From the IMG/VR virus record IMGVR_UViG_3300025122_005335, positions 1-64,000 of that record: a stretch of 64,000 bases of DNA; one strand, 5' to 3'. The notes below the pieces were generated by a model, which saw nothing but the letters and a program-made list of their open reading frames with translations, had not been told where the DNA came from and ran no database searches. How positions within the stretch are numbered: position 1 is the first letter of the stretch; each line of letters starts with the position of its first letter. The DNA is from a virus. The position numbers and the translations under genes were made by a program. This document shows positions 44,484 to 54,444 of this stretch, in pieces.

Positions 44484-47070
44484 TTTCTGCTAAAATACTA
44501 AATAAGTCGCACTGTACTGCTTGATTGGGTAAATAACATTTCCAATTTACCGCATTATAAAATCTTTCTAAAGGTGTAAAAATTAATTTTTCGTATATTT
44601 TGTCGTAGTTAGGTTTAAAATATTCATCAAATTCTTTTGGCCATTCATATTTGTATGCTATAGCATCAATATTATACCTATTTGGTTTTTTAATGTAAAA
44701 ATACCTCACTTTATCCCCTGATGCAATGCTTTCATACTTTTTATCAAGCTTATGTAATTTTAGCATTTTATTATAAAAATATGCTGCTTTACAATGTATA
44801 GGCATACCTTTAACTGTTTTCATTCCATCACATTGTCCCGCGTATTTTTCGTATCCTCTAATACCCATAACTGTTGCTATTTCTGTAATAGGTAATGATT
44901 TGAATTTTTCATACACTTCAGCCATAGCTTCATTTGTTTTTTGATAATCTTGCGTTTTAAGCATTATTTGTATGACATTTTTCATATATGGTTTTAATGA
45001 ATTAGGTAATGTTGTTCTAACTACTTCTACCCCCGTATATTTTGTTTTGTTTATTTTTGCACCTTCATCATCCAAAATATTCATCACATATCTTTTTTTC
45101 TGCAAAAACACACCCACTTCTCCAATACATTCTCGTTTAAACAAAAATCTACAATCTTTACTATTAAACGTTTTTTTACCCCACTTTATAATTTCATGAT
45201 TTAGATACTTTACTAACTCAATTTCCATTTTATAAATGTCATCATGAACTTCCCCTTTTTCGTTTTTAAAGTTTAAACCTAAATGTTTAATCAAAAGTTC
45301 AATTGATGCATATGATGAATCTGTATCATTGTAGATAATTGGATCATTTGCTTTCAACTCTTTGTCACTCAACCCAGTTTTGTTTTTAATATAGTTTCTG
45401 ATAATTATATTACTTTGTTTGATTACTGCTTGCCCTGTTAGTGTTACTGATGATGCAATATCATCATCACCAACTGGTGCGTTTTTATTCCCAAAGTAAC
45501 CGTATATTGAGTTAATTAAAATTTTAATTGTAAGTTGTTTTGTACCTAAACGCTGTACATCGACCCCGGTTTCCTCATAGTCCGGATCTCTTTTTTTCAT
45601 TACTGCATGTTTCTTTTTTAGTTCAACATATTCATCTTTTACTACTAACCGTTTACTATAGTAGTAATCTAAAATTTCTGGAATAATTCCCTTTTCTTGT
45701 TGATGAAATACAATATTTGCTTTTGATATTGTTAACTTATAATCTTTTACCATTTTTATGAATTTAGGTATTGTAAATTCCTTTACTTTACCGTTTACCA
45801 TTTCCATCACCACTTGATTGTCAGTTTTTTCTAAAATTTTTCCAACTTTAGTTTCTGGTGATAAGTTTAATGATATCATTACATTTGGGTATAGACTGTT
45901 TGCATCAAATGATAAAATGTAATTTTGAAACCCTTGTTGTGGTTCACTAACATATGCACCCGGGTTCTTACCAGTATCCTGACCTCTGATAAATGTAGGT
46001 ATGATTTGTTGTTTGTGTCTTGCTCGTATACAAAATGCCCCGTTGATTACAGATAGTGCCCCCATTGCTGCATCAAATGTAACACACCCAACATATGCTA
46101 ACATTCGTATTAAACCCAAATATTGTAATTTTATTTCTAATTTTACTAACAAGTTTACATCCTGAATATTATAATCAATAAATTTGTTCCAATCTTTATC
46201 AGATAATGTTGCAAGATCCATTCCTTCAAATTCTACTTTTCGTTCACCTAATTCTTGTTCCCCAATTGCATCTAGTTTATATGATTCTCTCAAAGGTGCA
46301 AATTTTTTGTATATATCCAAATAATCTAACAAAGCAATACCTTCAATATACCACCTTATTTGTTGTCTACCAAAAGCACCTTGAAGACTTCTATAATATA
46401 CATTTTTTACAGGAGATAATCTTTTCATCTGTTCTTCACCCATAATTCTTTCACATCTTTTAACAATATAAGGAATGTCAAAAAATTCAGAGTTCCAGCC
46501 ACTTAAAATATCTGGATAGTCATTTTCTAAATAATCTAAAAATTTACTAAACAATACTCTTTCTGTTTCGCAGTAAGTATATTTTAAATTTTTCCTACCC
46601 TTACCTGTATATTCTTTGGTACCCCAAGTATAAAATTTATTTTTCAAATTATCATAAACCGTTATGACATTTATTGGGTGGTTGGCATTTTCAATATTAG
46701 GAAACCCATCAGGTGAATAAGTTTCAATATCCAATAACAACATTTTTATGGGATGTTTTGTAAATTCATCTGTCTCGTTTACTTGCCAAAAATTATCTAA
46801 CAAAAATTGTTGTTTGATTGGTAAATTTTCAAACAATCTTTTAATTTGATTGTTTCTAATAAATTGTCTTCTTTCTGATTCTCTTTTAAATGTAACCTTT
46901 CTTAGAGGGCTTTTGAATATAGACGTTGCATTTGAATGTCGTTTGTCTTTTGGTTCAATATACAAATATGGGTTATAACTTTGAATTACTTCAATTCTTT
47001 TTCCATCTTCATCCCAAGTAAACAGTCTCATTTGTTCTTGAGAAGGTTCATAAACTACATTCCTATACAT
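44476..47070 (-). CDS. Family B DNA polymerase (gp43)
   Basis: DIET, GWNSEFFD and YNIQD exonuclease motifs; DANSLYP, KILINSIYG, YNDTDS, KKRY. Confidence 0.96.
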   Translation of the reverse strand: MYRNVVYEPSQEQMRLFTWDEDGKRIEVIQSYNPYLYIEPKDKRHSNATSIFKSPLRKVTFKRESERRQFIRNNQIKRLFENLPIKQQFLLDNFWQVNETDEFTKHPIKMLLLDIETYSPDGFPNIENANHPINVITVYDNLKNKFYTWGTKEYTGKGRKNLKYTYCETERVLFSKFLDYLENDYPDILSGWNSEFFDIPYIVKRCERIMGEEQMKRLSPVKNVYYRSLQGAFGRQQIRWYIEGIALLDYLDIYKKFAPLRESYKLDAIGEQELGERKVEFEGMDLATLSDKDWNKFIDYNIQDVNLLVKLEIKLQYLGLIRMLAYVGCVTFDAAMGALSVINGAFCIRARHKQQIIPTFIRGQDTGKNPGAYVSEPQQGFQNYILSFDANSLYPNVMISLNLSPETKVGKILEKTDNQVVMEMVNGKVKEFTIPKFIKMVKDYKLTISKANIVFHQQEKGIIPEILDYYYSKRLVVKDEYVELKKKHAVMKKRDPDYEETGVDVQRLGTKQLTIKILINSIYGYFGNKNAPVGDDDIASSVTLTGQAVIKQSNIIIRNYIKNKTGLSDKELKANDPIIYNDTDSSYASIELLIKHLGLNFKNEKGEVHDDIYKMEIELVKYLNHEIIKWGKKTFNSKDCRFLFKRECIGEVGVFLQKKRYVMNILDDEGAKINKTKYTGVEVVRTTLPNSLKPYMKNVIQIMLKTQDYQKTNEAMAEVYEKFKSLPITEIATVMGIRGYEKYAGQCDGMKTVKGMPIHCKAAYFYNKMLKLHKLDKKYESIASGDKVRYFYIKKPNRYNIDAIAYKYEWPKEFDEYFKPNYDKIYEKLIFTPLERFYNAVNWKCYLPNQAVQCDLFSILAENE

Positions 47071-47118
47071 GTGAGTTAATTATAGTTTACTCTTCAAATA
47101 TTTCAAGTAAATAATACT

Positions 47119-47988
47119 ATGAATGAAGGTCTGCTAGAAGGATTAAAAGAAATACCCAAAATAATAAACTTTACTTGGAAAGATAAAAATATTAGGGATA
47201 ATAAACACCCGGTTATACAGAATGGGTTAAAAAGGATGATTGAGATAAATCCGGATTGGGATGTTGTAATTAGTGATGACGATGATATAGAAAAGTATCT
47301 AAAAGAAAACTTGTCTTTAAAAAACTATACTGATATTAAAGATAGACACGTTGTTGAAAAAACAGATTTGTGGAGACTTGTAAAGTTATACAATGAAGGA
47401 GGGGTATATCACGATTTGGACAGATATTGTAATATTCCTATGAATTCAATTATTACAAAAAATGTAAAATTTGTTTTACCAACACATGAAGATTATGGGT
47501 TTACTCACTGCTTTATGGCTACATCACCTGAAAATCCTATATTTTTAAAAGCCATTCATGATAATATTAAAAAAAGAAAAGATTTAGGAAGCAAAGAAAT
47601 GGTAAATAAGGTATTGATATTGGGTGCAGTTACTTGGTGTGAAACCGTTTTTAATACTCTTTTTGATTATACAGATTATTCATACTATGAAGAAAATAAT
47701 GGTGTAGATTGGAGGATGATGGAGGATGATATCAGACAACCACTACATGCATGTAAATACACAACAACTTATAGAGAAGTACCCTGGAATTTCACCATGA
47801 CATTTTGTCTTAGTGCTGATAAAGGGTTAAAACCTGCAGGTGCTTTTGAAGTTAGTAAAAAAATTGCAAAGCAAGAAAATGGTGAATTTTTAACTTACGA
47901 TCAACAAGAATTGTTTTATGACTATAGACGTGACTTCTATAATACTTTTAAAATTAAACATTGGGCAAAAGAGAATAAGATCCATTAA
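47119..47988 (+). CDS. GT32 / DxD sugar-binding glycosyltransferase (OCH1-like)
   Basis: IPKIINFTW, NPDW, KTDLWR, GGVYHDLD; TAAATA-N5-ATG. Confidence 0.85.
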   Translation: MNEGLLEGLKEIPKIINFTWKDKNIRDNKHPVIQNGLKRMIEINPDWDVVISDDDDIEKYLKENLSLKNYTDIKDRHVVEKTDLWRLVKLYNEGGVYHDLDRYCNIPMNSIITKNVKFVLPTHEDYGFTHCFMATSPENPIFLKAIHDNIKKRKDLGSKEMVNKVLILGAVTWCETVFNTLFDYTDYSYYEENNGVDWRMMEDDIRQPLHACKYTTTYREVPWNFTMTFCLSADKGLKPAGAFEVSKKIAKQENGEFLTYDQQELFYDYRRDFYNTFKIKHWAKENKIH

Positions 47989-49214
47989 ATTTTATTCTCT
48001 TTTAATGAGTTGAGGTGTTTGCGTTCTGGTGCACCATGTGGAAATTTATATGATTCATAGAATTTTCCTATGTTTTGTGGTTTTTCTAAAAATCTAGATT
48101 CAGCAAAGTTTCTACCCTTTACAGATTCTTGAATAAATCTTCTTTCATCTTTCAAAACGAGGTTGATTTGATCGATCATTTCATCACCTGTTTTAAATTT
48201 AATGGGTGCATTTTCATATGTACAAATATCTTGACAAGCAATTGGTAGACCATAGCAACTTGACTCTAAATGTTTTAGATCGCTCTTAGATTTGTTGAAG
48301 TTATTATCAATTAATGGGGCCACCATCATATTACCATTTAAAGTATAAACTTTTTCCGGATAATCGAATAACTCACACCATGGGTGATATTCTATTTTAC
48401 CGGTTTGTACTAAATCTACTAAATTACGCGGTATAGCTCCTAAAAATACCCACTGATAGTCTTTTATTGTCTTTCTAATAACGTCATTAACATGGTGGAA
48501 GTCATCTTTACCTTTTACTCTGTTATCTACATCAATGTGTGCACCCGATCCAGACCAGATAACTCTAGGTTTGTGTTTATTACGTTCATAATCTCTTTCG
48601 ATTTTGTCTCTGTTATAAAAATTACCCATCCAAAATTTAGGAACATAATTCGGTATAACTGTTATCTTAGCATTATCTAACTTAGATGAATAATAGTCTT
48701 TCATAAACTTGCATGTTACTGTCATTTCATCGCAAAGTTCCATAATTTCTTGGATGCCTTCGCGAATTTCGTCGTCTGTAAAAGCAAATTTATATTTGTT
48801 GTAGTCAGGTATATCTTCTCTAAATGCTAAATCGTCGATTTCATAAATTAATCTAAAACCTACTTGAGATGAAATTTCTTTTAGGTACTTTACAAACTTT
48901 CTTTGGTCGGGTGAAGCTTGTCGTTGAACTTTGATTGATTCTGTATTTCTGTAATGTTGTGGGTCGATTGTCATACAGGTAGAGGTGTGTACCATGCATT
49001 TACCGCTTGCATTTAGTAAGTATTCGGGCCATATAATTCTCCAAAAACCACATCCACCGTAATCGGCGACATAATTCATAAAACGAGAAACAGGTGCAGG
49101 TTGATTATCTACAGGTATAGGGTTAGGTTGTTTAGTTTGTAGAGCAAAATTAGATTGATATGGGTTTGATTTTGCAAAAGGTTGACCACCTTGCATAAAT
49201 GGTGATTGAAACAT
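47985..49214 (-). CDS. GT-B-like glycosyltransferase
   Basis: DYGGCGFWR, YEIDD, VIPNY, WSGSGAH, APLIDNNFNKSKSDLKHLE. Confidence 0.75.
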   Translation of the reverse strand: MFQSPFMQGGQPFAKSNPYQSNFALQTKQPNPIPVDNQPAPVSRFMNYVADYGGCGFWRIIWPEYLLNASGKCMVHTSTCMTIDPQHYRNTESIKVQRQASPDQRKFVKYLKEISSQVGFRLIYEIDDLAFREDIPDYNKYKFAFTDDEIREGIQEIMELCDEMTVTCKFMKDYYSSKLDNAKITVIPNYVPKFWMGNFYNRDKIERDYERNKHKPRVIWSGSGAHIDVDNRVKGKDDFHHVNDVIRKTIKDYQWVFLGAIPRNLVDLVQTGKIEYHPWCELFDYPEKVYTLNGNMMVAPLIDNNFNKSKSDLKHLESSCYGLPIACQDICTYENAPIKFKTGDEMIDQINLVLKDERRFIQESVKGRNFAESRFLEKPQNIGKFYESYKFPHGAPERKHLNSLKENKI

Positions 49215-49236
49215 GTTTGATTTATTTACTTACGTG

Positions 49237-51051
49237 TTAGTCTTTATCAATTTCTGTATACTTAACTCTTCGAGTAATTCCATTGCTTTTTTCCAGATAT
49301 ATTACTTCACCTGTAGCAGCTTTAACACTTTCTTTCCTATGACTAATAACATATACACATTCCTTATATTTTTCTACTCTTTCTCTTAAAATAGATGTGA
49401 CTAAATCTACCCCTCTTTCATCTAGACTACTATCAAATAGTTCATCATAGATACTAAAGTTAAACGTTACGTCTCCTTGAAGTCTTCTAATATCCATGAA
49501 AGCAAACAAGCATGCTAAATCGATATTTTTTCTTTCTGCACCCGAAAAATTAAAATAAGAACAGAGTTTATTTTTTTCATTTATAATTTGTTCTTCAAAA
49601 TATTCATTGAAAATACAAATACAATTACTGTCCATCTTTTTTAAATAATAAGCAAGTTTTTGATTGAAGACGTGTAAAATTTGTTTTACAATATATGATT
49701 TCACACCTTCTTCTGATACAATATATTTTACAACATCAAACATGTTAATTTTCTTTTTAACTGTTTCGAGTTTTGATTTTATCTCTTTAACTTTGTTATT
49801 GTAATTGGTAATTATGGTATCTAAATTTGTATCTTCTGAATCTAATTCTTTTATATCAACCTTTAGTTGATCTTGCCAATCGAGAAGTTGCTTTGCTTTT
49901 TGTTTTAGAAGTTTTTGATTGGTTAATTCATCATTACCTCGTTTAATTTTTTTACGAAGTTTGTTAATACCCCTATTCAGTTTGTCTTCGTCAGAAACCA
50001 CCGAATTATAATCTTTAGTAAATGTTTTAATTTCGGATTCAACATCGTCTATACTTTTATTAGTTATTTTTATTTCATTTTTTATATGGTCTTTATCGTC
50101 GTTATCGATTTGACGTAAACAAGTGGGGCATATTTCTTCGTTTGTACCTATTTTTACTAAATTTGATTTTAATTGGTTGCGTGAAGCTTTTAGTTCACTT
50201 ATTTTATCTCTTTTTACGGTTTTTATTTTATCTAAATCTTTTAATTTATGTTCAAACTTGGAAATAAGTTTTTCATTTTCTTCAATTATTATATCTTTTA
50301 TGTTCAATAACTTATTTTTTATTTCTAAAAGTTCGTGTTCATTATTTTTTTGGCGGGTTTTATATTTTTCTTTTTTATTTTTACGTTCTTCTACTATTTG
50401 TATTTTTTGATCTTTAAAATTATCTAAAGAAGTAACATTTTCATCAAACCTAGTTGATTCTATATCAAAATCTTTTTTGGTTTCATTATAATCGTTTCTT
50501 AAATGTGAAATCATGTCACCAAAAATTTGTAAATTGAAAATACCTTCTATAAATTTTCGTTTTTCTACCTTCTTCTTAGCCATAAACGGTATAGTATTGT
50601 TTACAGTCATAATAACACAATTTTGAAAAACATCCTCACTACAATAAATTAGATCTTTAATAAATTCGTTTGTATTAATAATTGAATCTCTTGTTATGTC
50701 TTGTTCATTTTTGTAAATGTAGCATTTTGACGGGGAAAGGGTTCTATTAATGGAATACGAATTGGTTTCCTGTGGGGTAACAACTTTGAAATTTATAAGT
50801 ACCGAACATGTAGTGTTAGTAAGATTGTTAGGTATGAGTTCTTTCTTTAAATCTCTTAAAGTGGAGCCAAATATAACAAAATTAATTGCATCAGCTATTG
50901 TACTTTTACCTACACCGTTTCTTCTGTCTTCTTTATCTTTATTAGAACCCGTAATAATATTAAACCCGCAATTGAACTTTACCTTTACTGGGTCATTACC
51001 TACTGAGAGAAAATTTTGAATAGTAACATCTTCGAAGAAGATTTGCTTCAT
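49237..51051 (-). CDS. Rad50/SbcC-like recombination ATPase (gp46)
   Basis: NFLSVGN, NGVGKST, CPTC hook, FSGAE signature, DELFDSSLD, ISH. Confidence 0.95.
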   Translation of the reverse strand: MKQIFFEDVTIQNFLSVGNDPVKVKFNCGFNIITGSNKDKEDRRNGVGKSTIADAINFVIFGSTLRDLKKELIPNNLTNTTCSVLINFKVVTPQETNSYSINRTLSPSKCYIYKNEQDITRDSIINTNEFIKDLIYCSEDVFQNCVIMTVNNTIPFMAKKKVEKRKFIEGIFNLQIFGDMISHLRNDYNETKKDFDIESTRFDENVTSLDNFKDQKIQIVEERKNKKEKYKTRQKNNEHELLEIKNKLLNIKDIIIEENEKLISKFEHKLKDLDKIKTVKRDKISELKASRNQLKSNLVKIGTNEEICPTCLRQIDNDDKDHIKNEIKITNKSIDDVESEIKTFTKDYNSVVSDEDKLNRGINKLRKKIKRGNDELTNQKLLKQKAKQLLDWQDQLKVDIKELDSEDTNLDTIITNYNNKVKEIKSKLETVKKKINMFDVVKYIVSEEGVKSYIVKQILHVFNQKLAYYLKKMDSNCICIFNEYFEEQIINEKNKLCSYFNFSGAERKNIDLACLFAFMDIRRLQGDVTFNFSIYDELFDSSLDERGVDLVTSILRERVEKYKECVYVISHRKESVKAATGEVIYLEKSNGITRRVKYTEIDKD

Positions 51052-51073
51052 AAAATATAATTATACGTATATC

Positions 51074-51832
51074 CTATGAGGATCTACTTTTATTTTTTAG
51101 TTTTTGTATGATATCTTTTTTAGAAAAAACATCAATTAAATCTTTTATTTCACATTTGGTTTTCATATAAAAGACTTTCATACCTCTTAATACTCTCTCT
51201 TCTAGATCGTCTTTATATCTTTCCACGTGATCATGAAATATTATTTTATTTTCTACAGATGTTACGTGTGGAAACCAAAGAAACGGTGTGGATAAGTTTT
51301 TTTGTGATATTCTGTACGATAAATCTGACCACTCCATTGCAGCTCTATACCTTTCATCAAAAAATCCCACTTTCTTAAAAATATCTTTATGTAAATAAAC
51401 TAAATTAGCAGCGGTTCCATAATTTAATGTTAGTGTATTGTCTCCTAAGTCTATAGTTAGTCGTGTATTTTCATCTAACCCTCTTGGATCATCTTCATTA
51501 TCACAAAAATATAAAGCTTTTAACTTTGTTTTATTGGCAACGTCTATGTAATCTTGGAAAACACTGTCATCAATTATTTCTACTGTATCATTTATTATAA
51601 AAACGTGTTCAATAGTTTCATCTTTTAGTAGTTCCCTAATTCCCATATTGTAACAAGCACTTGGGTACTTGGTATACGTGGGACTTATGTATTTTTTTAC
51701 GGACTTGTTAAAATCAGTTTTTTTACCGTCGTTCACAACAACGGTTTTGTCTAAAACCGGTGTGAGCCCCCTTAAACACTTTTTTAATTGAGAACCACCT
51801 AATGTTAAAACAACTATTCCTATTCCTTGCAT
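51074..51832 (-). CDS. GT2-like glycosyltransferase (possibly degenerate)
   Basis: VVVNDG, YNMGIR, FIIND, VGFFDERY. Confidence 0.7.
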   Translation of the reverse strand: MQGIGIVVLTLGGSQLKKCLRGLTPVLDKTVVVNDGKKTDFNKSVKKYISPTYTKYPSACYNMGIRELLKDETIEHVFIINDTVEIIDDSVFQDYIDVANKTKLKALYFCDNEDDPRGLDENTRLTIDLGDNTLTLNYGTAANLVYLHKDIFKKVGFFDERYRAAMEWSDLSYRISQKNLSTPFLWFPHVTSVENKIIFHDHVERYKDDLEERVLRGMKVFYMKTKCEIKDLIDVFSKKDIIQKLKNKSRSS

Positions 51833-52881
51833 TGTTTATATAAATCTACTGTATATTCTATTACTTCTTTTTTGTTGTTAACGTCTAACATGTTTATAAA
51901 ATTGGTAATTGCTGTTTGATAATCTACACCCGAGTATTCGTACTCTAATTCACCTTCTACAGAAAATTTATTGTAATTAATTTCGTAATCAACAGTAATT
52001 GTGAAGGGTTTTAGGTTGTTTAAACATATCATGATGATATCTAAGTCGTCTGCTTGTACGTTTTTATCAATAACCAACTTTATTATATTGCCCTTTATTA
52101 ATTTTCTTAGTTCAGGGGTTATACCATCGAAGGAAATAAGCTCACTTAGTAATATTTTTTTGTGTTTTGGCGATACCGTGTTTTTATAAAAAACAGGTTC
52201 TTGTATTTTATCAAAATCCAAAATATAGAACCCTTTTTCGCTTTCTGCATCTCCAAAATCCATTTGGAATGGGTTACCTAGGTAAAGAATTTTACCATCT
52301 TTAAATTTACGTTCATCTTTTAAGTGAAAGTGCCCTGTAATTACCATTTTTGATTTTTTTAATAGAGAATGGGGGTTATCTCCACTGTCACATACCTTAA
52401 AATTGTTCATTTTAAAATTTTCTAGCTCAAAATGGCCAAATATAAGATCAGATTTTGGTATTTTTTTAATTTGTTCGCCCCAGGGTACAAAAGTTATTGT
52501 TTTATTGTGAATTTCTTCTGTGTGTAGCTTGTCAATAACGCTTATATTATTCCAACCATTCAATAATGACAGTGAATTAACGCAACTAGTATCTTTATAA
52601 TAGCAGTCGTGGTTACCGGTGATCATTACGATGTTATAATCCTTTAATATATCAAAAAATTGTTTTGCAATTTGTAGACTGTTAACAGCTATTTCATCTC
52701 TGTAGTGAAATAGATCACCACAAATCATAATATCTTTTATTTTTAATTTTTTTAAGTTTTTATCTAACCATTTACCCCAATCAAGCAGAATTTTATGCCA
52801 ATTACTCTTGTTTTGGTGGATTCCTAAATGTATGTCTGATATGCAACAAATTTTTGATTGTTTGAAATTTATAGTAACCAC
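51820..52881 (-). CDS. Mre11/SbcD-like nuclease (gp47)
   Basis: SDIHLG, GDLF, GNHD, GHFE, GHFH, YLGNP. Confidence 0.95.
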   Translation of the reverse strand: MVTINFKQSKICCISDIHLGIHQNKSNWHKILLDWGKWLDKNLKKLKIKDIMICGDLFHYRDEIAVNSLQIAKQFFDILKDYNIVMITGNHDCYYKDTSCVNSLSLLNGWNNISVIDKLHTEEIHNKTITFVPWGEQIKKIPKSDLIFGHFELENFKMNNFKVCDSGDNPHSLLKKSKMVITGHFHLKDERKFKDGKILYLGNPFQMDFGDAESEKGFYILDFDKIQEPVFYKNTVSPKHKKILLSELISFDGITPELRKLIKGNIIKLVIDKNVQADDLDIIMICLNNLKPFTITVDYEINYNKFSVEGELEYEYSGVDYQTAITNFINMLDVNNKKEVIEYTVDLYKQCKE

Positions 52882-52906
52882 TTTAAATATAATATATTAA
52901 TTACAA

Positions 52907-53914
52907 ATGAGTACAACCCTTGTTACAGCAATTTATTATGGAGAAAGAGAAGGTGAGTTTGGAGGTCGGTGTTGGCAAGAGCAATACTATTTTTCTTCTT
53001 TTCAAAACATTTATAATTTTAACTTACCCACAGTAGTTTTTTGCGATAAGCGCGGCTATGAGAAAATTTTAAAATATTTTGACTACTTAGATTATATTGG
53101 TATTCCAAATAAATGGACAATCATTGTAAGCGAATTAGGAGACTTTAAATTTAAAGATATTATAGGTTCACATAGAACTAGAGTTATTGAGTGGGAAAAG
53201 AAACAAACAGAAATAAGAAAAAAAGAAAACCCTGACGAACCTGGATTTTTTCATGCTCGTTGTGAAATACTTTGTCACAGAAAACTTTATTTTGTAAAAG
53301 AAGTAGCAGAAAAGAACCCGTTTAATACGGATAATTTTGTATGGGTTGATTCCGGGTGCACCCATTGGGGATTAAACCCACATAGTTTAGGTGGTGTGGA
53401 AATTAATAACTTTTTTAACAAAAAACATTATTACCCATACAATAAAAACAACGTGTTTACACCTGATGTGGGTAAAGGTATAGACAATTTAATTACTAAG
53501 CACAAATTTGTTGAAACCAAACATGGTAATCTTTGGTATAATTTACACCACGTTAAGCTTTTGTCAAAACTATTAGAAACAGATTATGGTTTTGAAGAAT
53601 CAAACAGTCATCTAATACACCAATTAGTTGGTGGTGTGATAGGAATTCACCCTAGTGAGTTTAAACCGTTATTTGATTTCTACGAAAAGGCTTTATTACT
53701 TTTAACTAGTACAGAACCACCTAACACGGACTTTTTTACAGAAGAAATTATTTTATCAGCTTACTATAAAATAAGAAATCAGTTTACGTTAGATTTTGAG
53801 GAATGGAACCATGATGTAAAAAGCGACCCAAGTTGGGTTGATTTCGGTGATGAAGACCGAACACGGGTAAAGTGTTTTTACAAAGTATGGGACGAGTTTA
53901 AACAATTCGCGTAA
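52907..53914 (+). CDS. HtrL/YibB/WlaTC-like putative glycosyltransferase
   Basis: TLVTA, KLYFV, NPFNTDNFVWVDSG, GGVIG, FTEEIIL. Confidence 0.7.
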   Translation: MSTTLVTAIYYGEREGEFGGRCWQEQYYFSSFQNIYNFNLPTVVFCDKRGYEKILKYFDYLDYIGIPNKWTIIVSELGDFKFKDIIGSHRTRVIEWEKKQTEIRKKENPDEPGFFHARCEILCHRKLYFVKEVAEKNPFNTDNFVWVDSGCTHWGLNPHSLGGVEINNFFNKKHYYPYNKNNVFTPDVGKGIDNLITKHKFVETKHGNLWYNLHHVKLLSKLLETDYGFEESNSHLIHQLVGGVIGIHPSEFKPLFDFYEKALLLLTSTEPPNTDFFTEEIILSAYYKIRNQFTLDFEEWNHDVKSDPSWVDFGDEDRTRVKCFYKVWDEFKQFA

Positions 53915-54400
53915 TCAATTATAATAGGCCTCATTTTCGTCCGTGGGTTTAACATAAACTGTTGTTTGTGCGTTTTGGCCATCGTTTAACGACTCTTCGT
54001 AAATTCTTTCTTTATATTCATTAAGAGCTTCATGGTGTCGTTTTTCTTTTTTAATTCGATTAATAAATGCATGAAACGCAATTGTAGTAAAATATGAAAA
54101 AGGATTGTATTTGTTACCATTTGAATCTGTTGCTTCTAAATTGAATTTTTTATTGAAAAGAGCTGTAAACATTTTTACAACTGCATCACCGATCATTTCA
54201 TCTTTGTAGCTATAATTTATAAAATTAGGCGCATAACTTAAACCGTGAGCAATTTTTGTTATCATTTCACCAAGCTCATTTCCACATACGTCGGTTTTAT
54301 AATAAGTTGCAATTGCTTCTTTGAATTCTTTTGAATTAACGTAATGTTCTTTACTTTTAGGTTTAATTTTAACGCCGTTTTTAGGTTTTTTTGCTTGCAT
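53915..54400 (-). CDS. Late-transcription sigma factor (gp55)
   Basis: HYVNSKEF, NFINYSYKDEMIGDA, NPFSYFTTIAFHAFINRIKKEK. Confidence 0.93.
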   Translation of the reverse strand: MQAKKPKNGVKIKPKSKEHYVNSKEFKEAIATYYKTDVCGNELGEMITKIAHGLSYAPNFINYSYKDEMIGDAVVKMFTALFNKKFNLEATDSNGNKYNPFSYFTTIAFHAFINRIKKEKRHHEALNEYKERIYEESLNDGQNAQTTVYVKPTDENEAYYN

Positions 54401-54444
54401 GGCTATCTTTAATTATAATATTGTTATGTATAAGTTCAACACTA

